DNA of 21,625 nt from Polyangiales bacterium (GTDB lineage Bacteria > Myxococcota_A > Polyangia > Polyangiales > Polyangiaceae). The stretch is taken from contig JBBRNJ010000118.1 in NCBI GenBank assembly GCA_038230375.1, positions 1 to 21,625 on the forward strand. Reading direction: 5' to 3'. The notes below the pieces were generated by a model. The model saw only the letters and a program-made list of their open reading frames with translations, was not told the DNA's origin and ran no database searches. The position numbers and the translations under genes were made by a program. Below are positions 1-7,640 of the stretch, piece by piece. Within the stretch, counting starts at the first letter, position 1. The number at the start of each line of letters is the position of its first letter.

Positions 1-135
1 CCCTCCCCGCCCCTCTCCCCCCATCCGCCTCCCACCCTTTCGTTGTTCTTTTTTTTTTGTCCGGCCCGGCCGCCGCCCCGCCCGGCGGGCCCCCTCTCCT
101 CCCCCCCGCCCCCCCCCCCCCCCCCCCCCCCCCCA
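1..135. other. Low-complexity poly-C/poly-T contig end, probably a sequencing or assembly artefact
   Basis: Long C homopolymer runs and a T run unlike the rest of the window. Reads as poly-G on the minus strand and interrupts the gsp operon right after a coupled start codon. Confidence 0.7.
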
Positions 136-168
136 CGCCGGCATCGGCGAAAAGGCGGGCTTCGACAT
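133..168 (-). CDS. Probable 5' fragment of the next gsp gene (minor pseudopilin position), truncated
   Basis: The ATG overlaps the gspH stop (TGATG) and reads MSKPAFSPMPAW before entering poly-G. Identity is inferred from operon position only. Confidence 0.3.
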
Positions 169-890
169 CAGTAGATGACTCCGGTGCCGGCAGGGTCTTC
201 TCGCTCGGAGGCGCCGCGGTCGTCGGTGGGGAGCGCGAGGGCAACGGCGCCCTCCTTCACGGTGCAACGCCCGGTGAGCGGCGCGACGACGACCGACAGT
301 GCATCGGTCTCCATCGTGGAGTCCCCGATGTTGAGGGTGATCACGGCGCGCTCGGCCTGACCGCCGGGCCAGAAGTAGATGTATGCGCGGCCTTCGGTGC
401 GCGGAAGATCGTCATGTGCAGTCTGCACGGACTTGAACTTGATGCCGCGCGGCAGCGGCTTCGGCCCCTTCTTGCCCTCGTTGCCCAGCCCAGGTGAGTC
501 CACCTGCGTGTAGCGAGGACGCGGCGCCCGCGGCCCCTTCAAGATGCGGTCGGTCTCGTCCAGGGAGATCTTCTCCTGCTCCGTCGCGGCCTCGGCGCCG
601 CCCGTGGCCGAGGTGTCCTTGGAGGCGACGAGCATGGGGACGCGGCTCTCCTCGAGCCACACCTGATCGTTCTCCAGATCCATCACCAGGCGCACGCTCT
701 TGCTCGTGGCAGTGGCGCGCGTGTACCCGACCTTCACGGCGGACGCGAGGATCGCCGCGGCGTGCTTCTGCCGCGCCGTCGCGACCTGCCCCGACCCCGC
801 GACGATGGCGCCGAGCATGATCCCCATGATGGCGAGGACCACCAGGATCTCGACGAGCGTCACGCCGCGCTTTGGGGTGGGGTACTTCAT
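168..890 (-). CDS. gspH: Type II secretion minor pseudopilin, GspH/FimT-like (240 aa)
   Basis: ATG at 890 gives MKYPTPKRG|VTLVEILVVLAIMGIML, a class III signal peptide with E5. Follows gspG. The C-terminal IYFWPGG resembles GspH/FimT F-x-P-x-G. The ORF-track extension to 1112 overlaps gspG and is not used. Confidence 0.75.
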   Translation of the reverse strand: MKYPTPKRGVTLVEILVVLAIMGIMLGAIVAGSGQVATARQKHAAAILASAVKVGYTRATATSKSVRLVMDLENDQVWLEESRVPMLVASKDTSATGGAEAATEQEKISLDETDRILKGPRAPRPRYTQVDSPGLGNEGKKGPKPLPRGIKFKSVQTAHDDLPRTEGRAYIYFWPGGQAERAVITLNIGDSTMETDALSVVVAPLTGRCTVKEGAVALALPTDDRGASEREDPAGTGVIY

Positions 891-898
891 TCTGTGTA

Positions 899-1294
899 CT
901 ACTTGGTGACCTGCGTCTCCGGAATGCGGATGTCGTCGGCGGTGCCTTCCTTCTTGTCGGGACCGAAGCTGATGACGGTGAGGGAGTCGTCGTCGCAGAT
1001 GATCTTGTAGGGAGACTCCCACGCGTCGGTGATCTTGGCGGTGGCGGCGATCTCGCGCTCCGACTTGAGGCGCTCCGCCGTCGGGCACTCCGAACCATGG
1101 CTGGTGCGCCACAGGTCCGCAGCCTGCTGCAGCGCGATGGCGCTGTTGCGGGTCGTGTCCTTCTGCGCTTGCTGGAACTTCGGGATGGCGAAGACCGCGA
1201 TGGTGCCGCCGATGAGCCCCACGATCGCGAGCACGATCAGGATCTCCACCAGCGTGACGCCGCGCCTTCTACTCCGCTTCAACAACTGGATCAT
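899..1294 (-). CDS. gspG: Type II secretion major pseudopilin GspG-like (131 aa)
   Basis: RRRG|VTLVEILIVLAIVGLI prepilin motif, DAWESPY (DPWG-x-x-Y like), C-terminal SFGPDKKEGTADDI motif typical of GspG, and a strong GGAGGA RBS. Confidence 0.85.
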   Translation of the reverse strand: MIQLLKRSRRRGVTLVEILIVLAIVGLIGGTIAVFAIPKFQQAQKDTTRNSAIALQQAADLWRTSHGSECPTAERLKSEREIAATAKITDAWESPYKIICDDDSLTVISFGPDKKEGTADDIRIPETQVTK

Positions 1295-1321
1295 CGTCTC
1301 TTCTCCTCCGGTACCCTTCTC

Positions 1322-1720
1322 TCACTCCACCTTCGAAAACAGCTCGTCGCCTGGACCGTCGCTCACCACGTCGAACCCGACCTTGTCCTTCTGGCCGGGA
1401 CAGACCACGCGGATCGTGTGGCCCCATGCGTCCTTCGGCAGCTCCGCGACGTAGCCGCCGGTCTTCAGCTCCGTGAGGTCCTTGGGGCACGCGCCGGCAT
1501 GGTCCGCGCGATACGCGGAGACCGCGCGGAACATGACGCCGATACCGGCACGCGTCGCGCGCGCCTTGCGACCGTCGGACTCACGCGCGAAGAGCGCGAC
1601 CGTGATCGTGAGAACGCCGGCCCCGACGAGGATCTGGCGGATGCGCGCGCGCCCGAAGAAGCCGAGCACGCCCGTGCGCTTCTCCCACGCGAAAAATACC
1701 TTGTTCTCTCTCTTGGCCAT
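1322..1720 (-). CDS. GspG-domain protein lacking a prepilin peptidase site (132 aa)
   Basis: LPKDAWGH and VVSDGPG motifs align with the neighbouring GspG. One hydrophobic segment (ILVGAGVLTITVALFA) but no G|x-T-L-x-E motif. Confidence 0.75.
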   Translation of the reverse strand: MAKRENKVFFAWEKRTGVLGFFGRARIRQILVGAGVLTITVALFARESDGRKARATRAGIGVMFRAVSAYRADHAGACPKDLTELKTGGYVAELPKDAWGHTIRVVCPGQKDKVGFDVVSDGPGDELFSKVE

Positions 1721-1742
1721 GGATGGATGTTGGTGTTGCGCG

Positions 1743-3128
1743 CTACTGCACGAAGTCGTTCATCTGGATGAGGGGCATGAGGATGGAGAAGGCAATGAAG
1801 CCAACGCCTCCGCCCATGAAGATGATGATGAGGGGCTCGAGAAGGCTGGTCATCGCGGCAACGCGGACCTCGACCTGGGTGTCGTAGGCGCGCGCCACGT
1901 TCTCGAGCATGGCCTCGAGCTGACCGCTCTTCTCGCCGACGGCGATCATGTGCGTGACGATCGGCGGGAACTGCCCGGAGCGCTTGAGCGGAAGCGCGAT
2001 CGACTCGCCTTCGCGGACCTGGCTGGCGGCGTCCTCCACGACCTTGGAGAGCGCCGCGTTGTCCAGGACGAGCTTCGTGATCTCCATGGCCTTCAGCAGC
2101 GGCACGCCGCTCTTCAGCAGCGTGGCGAGCGTGGAGGAGAAACGCGACACCGCGAGCATGCGGAAGATTGGACCAAACAGCGGCAGCCTGAGGAGCCACC
2201 CATCCTTCCACAGCATGCCGTTCGGCGTGCGCAGGAACGCGAGGAACATGGAGAGCAGGAAGCCCACGACGATCCCGCCACCGATGCCCACGCAGTACCA
2301 GAACACGGACTCCACGAGGAAGCCGAACGTGAAGAGCGCGAGCGCGGAGAGGATGGACATGATGGTCCACATCACCTGCTGCGGCTTCGCGATCGCCTGG
2401 CGCAGGAACGTGAGCGCGAGCAGCCCGGTCACGATCCCCAGCATCTGGTTCGACGCCAGCGTGGACGAGATGAAGATCAGCAGCGCCGTGTACCAGGGCA
2501 GCGCGCGGTCGAGGCTGGCGAAGATGCCGGTCACCTTCGGCACGACGACCGTCATCATGAGCGTCATGAGGCCCGAGCCGAAGATCAGCATCAGCACGGG
2601 ATACGCGAGCGCCGCGCCGACCTTGCCCTTGAGGCGCGCCTGGTTCTCCATGAAGTCGGCAAGGCGCGAGAGCACGGCCTCGAGCGTGCCGGAGGCCTCA
2701 CCGGCTGCGACCATGTTGTAGTACAGCGGCGGGAAGATCTTCGGGTGCTGCTCCAGCGCCTTCGCGAGCGACGTGCCTTCGTTCAGGCGGTCCTTCACGT
2801 TGGAGAGCACGCGGCGAAGCGCCTCCTTGTCCATCTGCTCGTTCAGCGCGGTCACGGCCTCGACCAGCGGGATGCCCGCGGCGATCAGCGTGGCGAGCTG
2901 GCGCGTCAGCATGGCGATGTCGGCCGTGCCCACGCGCGAGAAGAAGTTCTTGATGCCGCTCTCGCCGCCGCCCTTCTTCTTCGCGGAGGACTCCTCGTGC
3001 GCCTCCGTGAGCAGGATGCCGTCGCGCTTCAACACCGCGCGCAACGCCTTCGGGTTGTCCGCGTCGCGGACGCCGTGGGTGTTCTTCCCGGTGGCGACGA
3101 ACAGCCCTCTGTATTCGTAGACGGCCAC
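1743..3128 (-). CDS. gspF: Type II secretion inner-membrane platform protein GspF (461 aa)
   Basis: GTG start 2 nt after the gspE stop gives MAVYEYRG. GspF/PilC motifs: TRQLATLIAAGIPL, AGEASGTL, AALAYP, LRLPLFG, AVGEKSGQL, LLEP. Confidence 0.95.
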   Translation of the reverse strand: MAVYEYRGLFVATGKNTHGVRDADNPKALRAVLKRDGILLTEAHEESSAKKKGGGESGIKNFFSRVGTADIAMLTRQLATLIAAGIPLVEAVTALNEQMDKEALRRVLSNVKDRLNEGTSLAKALEQHPKIFPPLYYNMVAAGEASGTLEAVLSRLADFMENQARLKGKVGAALAYPVLMLIFGSGLMTLMMTVVVPKVTGIFASLDRALPWYTALLIFISSTLASNQMLGIVTGLLALTFLRQAIAKPQQVMWTIMSILSALALFTFGFLVESVFWYCVGIGGGIVVGFLLSMFLAFLRTPNGMLWKDGWLLRLPLFGPIFRMLAVSRFSSTLATLLKSGVPLLKAMEITKLVLDNAALSKVVEDAASQVREGESIALPLKRSGQFPPIVTHMIAVGEKSGQLEAMLENVARAYDTQVEVRVAAMTSLLEPLIIIFMGGGVGFIAFSILMPLIQMNDFVQ

Positions 3129-3130
3129 GG

Positions 3131-4960
3131 CTAGACCCTCACGTTCCGCATGCTGGCGGGCCGCTCTATCTCGACCCCGCCCTGATCTTCCTGCGTGGCG
3201 GCGATGACCTCCTCCACGCTGGTGAGACCGGAGATGACCTTGCGCGCGCCGTCGTCGCGGAGGCTGTCCATGCCGAAGTCGATCGCGGTGCGCTTGATCG
3301 CCTGCGCGTCCGCGTTGCGGAGCACGAGCGGGCCTACGGCGTCGTCCATGATGAGGAGCTCGTAGATACCGCGGCGACCGGAGAACCCCGTCTGCGCGCA
3401 TTTGTCGCAGCCACGCGCGCGGTAGAACGTCAGCCGCGAGACATCCGGGTATGCGTCCAGGACGTCCTGCTCGCGCACGGTCTTCGGGAAGTAGCGCGAC
3501 GCGGGGTTGTCACGCCGGCGGTTGCGGACCTCCACGCGCTCCGGCGTGATGCCCAGCTCCTCGAGCTCGGAGATCTTCGCTGGGTAGGCCTCCTTGCATT
3601 CCTTGCACAATACACGCACCAGGCGCTGGGCCAGGATGCCAATGACGGAGGACCGGAGAAGGAATGGCTCGACGCCCATGTCAACCATACGCGTGACGGC
3701 GCCGGCGGCATCGTTCGTGTGGATGGTGGAGAGCACAAGGTGACCCGTGAGAGAGGCGTTGATGGCGATCTCGACGGTCTCCTTGTCGCGGATCTCGCCG
3801 ACCATGACCACGTCCGGGTCCTGGCGAAGGAAGGCGCGGAGCGCGCCGGCGAACGTGAGGCCGATCTTGGGCTGCACGTGCAGCTGGTGGATGCCGTTCA
3901 GCTCGTACTCGACCGGGTCTTCCGCGGTGAGGATGTTGATGTTGGGCTGATTGATGCGGTTCAAGCACGCGTAGAGCGTGGTGGTCTTTCCGGAGCCCGT
4001 GGGACCCGTGACCAGGATGATGCCGTCGGGGCGGTGGATGAGGCCGTCCATGAGCGCGTAGTCGCGCGGCGAGAAGCCCAGGTCCGGCAGGTCGAGCAGG
4101 ACGCTCGACTTGTTCAGGAGACGCATGACGATGCGCTCGAAGTGGCGGCTCGTGGGGATGGTGGAGACGCGGATGTCGAAGCTCTTGCCGGCGATCTTCT
4201 TCGTGATGCGTCCGTCCTGCGGGAGGCGCTTCTCGGCAATGTTGAGCGAGCTCTCGATCTTCACGCGCGAGACGATCGCATTCATGAAGTTTCGCGGCGC
4301 GCGCCGTGCGATGTAGAGCTCACCATCGATGCGATAGCGAACGATGATCTCCTTTTCTTCCGGCTCGATGTGAATGTCGCTCGCGCGCTCCTTCATCGCC
4401 TGCAAGAAGAGCGAGTTGACCCAGCGGATGACCGGGGCCTCGTCGTCGGAGTCCAGGATGTCGCCCGCGACCTCGTCGTCGGGGTTCGCGTCGTCGGTCT
4501 CGAGCTCGCCACCACCGGCCTCGCGCTCGTAGACGCGGTTGATCGCGTCGACGATCTTCTCCCCGGTGGCAACGGACACCTCGACGCTCTTGCCGAACAA
4601 GACGCGCAGATCGTCCAGGCCTGGCGTGTCGAATGGATCGGCGCAGTAGACGTGGACGGCGGTCTCGTCCTCGCTCCAGACCAGCACGCGGTGGTTCTTC
4701 GCGAACGTGATGGGCACGCGGGTGGCGAGCGCCGTGGAGATCTTGTCCGCGTCCACGCTCTTCACGAACGGGAGCTCCGCCTCTGCGGCCAACGCAATGC
4801 CGATCTGCTCCTCGTCGAGGACGTTGCCGTTCACGAGGAGGTCGATGAGCGCGACGCCCTTCTCGCGCTGCACCGTGTACAGGGCTTCGAGGCGGTCTCG
4901 CGGCACGGCTGCGCGCCGCGCCAGGATGTCTCCGAGGAATCGCTGCTCGATCTGGCCCAT
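3131..4960 (-). CDS. gspE: Type II secretion ATPase GspE (609 aa)
   Basis: ASDIHIEP, EKRLPQDGR, Walker A GPTGSGKTTT, Asp box EDPVEY, Walker B RQDPDVVMVGEIRD, His box GHLVLSTIH, and the Zn motif CKEC...CDKC. Confidence 0.97.
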   Translation of the reverse strand: MGQIEQRFLGDILARRAAVPRDRLEALYTVQREKGVALIDLLVNGNVLDEEQIGIALAAEAELPFVKSVDADKISTALATRVPITFAKNHRVLVWSEDETAVHVYCADPFDTPGLDDLRVLFGKSVEVSVATGEKIVDAINRVYEREAGGGELETDDANPDDEVAGDILDSDDEAPVIRWVNSLFLQAMKERASDIHIEPEEKEIIVRYRIDGELYIARRAPRNFMNAIVSRVKIESSLNIAEKRLPQDGRITKKIAGKSFDIRVSTIPTSRHFERIVMRLLNKSSVLLDLPDLGFSPRDYALMDGLIHRPDGIILVTGPTGSGKTTTLYACLNRINQPNINILTAEDPVEYELNGIHQLHVQPKIGLTFAGALRAFLRQDPDVVMVGEIRDKETVEIAINASLTGHLVLSTIHTNDAAGAVTRMVDMGVEPFLLRSSVIGILAQRLVRVLCKECKEAYPAKISELEELGITPERVEVRNRRRDNPASRYFPKTVREQDVLDAYPDVSRLTFYRARGCDKCAQTGFSGRRGIYELLIMDDAVGPLVLRNADAQAIKRTAIDFGMDSLRDDGARKVISGLTSVEEVIAATQEDQGGVEIERPASMRNVRV

Positions 4961-4963
4961 GGC

Positions 4964-7588
4964 TTACTTCTCCACGCGCTCGATGTTCCTGATCTGCGGG
5001 TTCAACTTCACGGGGTTCGCCGGATCCGGCGCTCCACCAGGCGCTGCGCCAACGTTGCGGCTTGCGGCGGGCATCTCGAGCGGACGCTGGGGATCGTGAC
5101 CCTTGATGTCCTTGGGACGCGTGAGCTCGTCGAGGCGCTTCTTCTCCTCGATCTGGAAGAATGCCTGACGCGTCTCCTCGACGAGGCCGTTCGTGCGCGA
5201 ATAGTCGCGCGGCGGCGTGTACTCGTTGATGTCGGAGAACACGAAGTAGCGGTCCAGGTACTCCTGGCGCTCCTGCATCTTGCGCTCGAACACGGCCCGA
5301 AGGTCCGCCTGCTCGCGGATGATGTACGGCGTGAGGATGAGGACCAGGTTGCGCTTCTCGACCTTGTCGGTGCGCTTGCGGAAGAGCGCGCCGAGCACGG
5401 GGATGTCGCCCAGGACGGGGACCTTGTCCTCTGCGCGGGAGAGCACGTTGCGGATGAGGCCGCCAATGACGACCGTCTGCTGATCCTCGACCACGAGCTT
5501 CGTGGTGGCCGTGCGCTTCGAGATCGGGATGGCGCCGAGCGTTCCGCCGAGCGGCGCGCCCTGCTCGCTGATCTCCTCCGTCACGTCCAGGCGCACCTGG
5601 TTCGAGTCGTTGAGGTGCGGCTTGATCTTCACCTTGGTGCCGACGTCCTGACGCGGCGAACCGAAGCCGCCCAGGCTGGAGCCGCCGACACCGGCAAGAC
5701 CTGCAGCGCCTGCGCCGCCGAGGCCCGCGAGGATGGGCGTGGCGTTGGTCTGCAGCGGGATGTTGTCGCCGACGTTGATCTCCGCGTCCTCGTTGTCGAG
5801 CGCGAGGATGTGCGGCGTGGAGAGCAGATCGCTGTCACCGGTCTGCGCGAGCGCCTGCACGAACGTACCGAACGCCGGGATGGAGATGCCGGTGCCAAGG
5901 AGGCTCTGCGTGCCCTGCACGCCCGGGCCCTTCACGCCGAGCGCGAAGCCCTGAAGCGCGTCCGGATCGGACGGCAGCGGGAGCACGGTGTTGAGCACCT
6001 TGTTACCGCCGTACACCAGGCCGTCGCCGGCCGAGCCGTTGGAGAAGCTGTCGGCGCCGTGGAAGCTCACGCCGAAGCCGCTGGAGCGCTTCAACTGGAG
6101 GTCCATGATGACGGCCTCGATGAAGACCTGACGGCGCGGCTGATCGAGCTTGTCGATGACGGCGCGCAGCGAGGCGTAGTCGCGGAGCGAGGACGTGACG
6201 ACGATCGAGTTGGTGGCCTTGTCCGCCGAGACCTTGATGCCGCCCTCGAAGATGCCGCTGGCTGGTGACGCGCCGACGGGCTTCGCTGCGCCGCCGGTGG
6301 GTGTGGCCGCCGTGTTCGCGCCGGAGATGATCTCGTTCAGGGTCTTGGTGAGATCGGTCGCGTCGGCGTGCTGCAGCGCGAGCACGTGTATCTCGCCTTC
6401 ACCCGTCTGTGGCACGTCCAGGCGCTTGATGAGCTCGAGCACGCGCAGATACGCGCGCTCCGTGGAGACGATCACGATCGAGTTCGAGCGATCATCCGCG
6501 ACGAGCTTCGCGACGTGCAGGTCACCGCCAGAGGAAGATGCTCCCGTTGCGGGTGCGCCGCCCTTCGGGTTCGGGGTGTTGCCACCGCCGCTGCTGCCGC
6601 CCTTCAGATCGAAGAGCTCGTTCACGCGGTTCGCGATGTCGGTCGCGGATGCGTAGTGGATCGGCTCGATGAACATCTGATCGCCGGCGCCGCCGACGTC
6701 GATCTCCTCGAGCAGGCTCAGCATGCGACGGATGTTGGTGCCCGTGTCCGTGATGATGAGCAGGTTGCCGGGGCCGTAGACGGTGATGTCTGCGTCCTTC
6801 GACTTGAACTTGGAGAGCACGTTCGAGGCCTCGTCCGCGCTCACGTGCGACATGCGGTGGATGCGCGTGACGTAGCGCTCCTCGTTCGGCGATTGCTGGC
6901 CCTTGCCGTAGATCTGGGTGCCCTGCGTGGAGGACGCCGCGGTCTCGATGATCTTGAGGAAGCGTCCATGCGGAACGACCGTGAGGCCGTTCGCCTCGAG
7001 CACGGAGAGGAACGCCTGGTAGGCCTCCGAGACGGTGACCTTCTCCGGCGAGTAGATCGTTGCTTTGATGTTCTTCACCTTCGGTCCGAAGATGAAGCGC
7101 TTGCCCGTGAGCTGGCCAATGACCTTCACGAGCTCCGACAGGTCCGCGTCCTCGAGCGAGAACGACACCTTGTAGTTCGGGCTGCGCGGCTCGAACTCCA
7201 TGCTCTGCTCGAACTGCTGCAGCTTCGCGGTGTCGCCGAGGACCTTGCCGCCTGCGGTGGTCGTCAGGCCGGCCGTACCTGCAGCGCCGGTGGTTCCAGC
7301 GGTGCCCGTGGTTCCAGTCGTGGTGCCTGCAGCGCCGCCGGTGGGAGGCGTGGTGCCCGTTCCGCCGGGGGGACCGCCTGGAGCACCAGGCGCATTGGGA
7401 GCTGCAGGAGCTGCAGTCGTGCCGGTGGGGGCCGCTGCGGTCCCGGCGGGGCGAAACACTTCCCCTCCTGGCGACACGCGGACAGTTGGCCGGCGCTGGA
7501 GCCCGGGCGAAGGAGAGGGCTGCGCCGCTACGCTCGACTGCACGAGCAACGACAGCGTGGGGATCGAAAGAAGGAAAAGTCTTTTCAT
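4964..7588 (-). CDS. gspD: Type II secretion secretin GspD (874 aa; alternative GTG start at 7633)
   Basis: Signal peptide MKRLFLLSIPTLSLLVQSSVAA. N0 domain (FSLEDADLSELVKVIGQLTGKRFIF), repeated N domains, QVFIEAVI, and the secretin signature VIGGL...KVPVLGDIPVLGALF...LVLILTPYII. Confidence 0.96.
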   Translation of the reverse strand: MKRLFLLSIPTLSLLVQSSVAAQPSPSPGLQRRPTVRVSPGGEVFRPAGTAAAPTGTTAAPAAPNAPGAPGGPPGGTGTTPPTGGAAGTTTGTTGTAGTTGAAGTAGLTTTAGGKVLGDTAKLQQFEQSMEFEPRSPNYKVSFSLEDADLSELVKVIGQLTGKRFIFGPKVKNIKATIYSPEKVTVSEAYQAFLSVLEANGLTVVPHGRFLKIIETAASSTQGTQIYGKGQQSPNEERYVTRIHRMSHVSADEASNVLSKFKSKDADITVYGPGNLLIITDTGTNIRRMLSLLEEIDVGGAGDQMFIEPIHYASATDIANRVNELFDLKGGSSGGGNTPNPKGGAPATGASSSGGDLHVAKLVADDRSNSIVIVSTERAYLRVLELIKRLDVPQTGEGEIHVLALQHADATDLTKTLNEIISGANTAATPTGGAAKPVGASPASGIFEGGIKVSADKATNSIVVTSSLRDYASLRAVIDKLDQPRRQVFIEAVIMDLQLKRSSGFGVSFHGADSFSNGSAGDGLVYGGNKVLNTVLPLPSDPDALQGFALGVKGPGVQGTQSLLGTGISIPAFGTFVQALAQTGDSDLLSTPHILALDNEDAEINVGDNIPLQTNATPILAGLGGAGAAGLAGVGGSSLGGFGSPRQDVGTKVKIKPHLNDSNQVRLDVTEEISEQGAPLGGTLGAIPISKRTATTKLVVEDQQTVVIGGLIRNVLSRAEDKVPVLGDIPVLGALFRKRTDKVEKRNLVLILTPYIIREQADLRAVFERKMQERQEYLDRYFVFSDINEYTPPRDYSRTNGLVEETRQAFFQIEEKKRLDELTRPKDIKGHDPQRPLEMPAASRNVGAAPGGAPDPANPVKLNPQIRNIERVEK
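7245..7500 (-). repeat. Low-complexity Pro/Thr/Ala/Gly-coding region at the GspD N-terminus
   Basis: Encodes PAGTAAAPTGTTAAPAAPNAPGAPGGPPGGTGTTPPTGGAAGTTTGTTGTAGTTGAAGTAG. The + strand carries a short direct repeat, GTGGTTCCAG, twice. Confidence 0.7.
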
Positions 7589-7640
7589 CGGGAGGGGGGA
7601 GCGGAGGCGGGGTCCGGTGAAGTCGTGCGTCACGTGGTCA

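Noticed and set aside
1..135. Poly-C/G tract as a G-quadruplex or phase-variation element
   Set aside because: It is irregular, sits at the contig end and cuts an operon mid-gene, so an artefact is more likely. Read data would settle it.
57..497. 146-aa Pro-rich ORF on the + strand
   Set aside because: It starts in the poly-C tract and is antisense to gspH; the poly-Pro simply translates the homopolymer.
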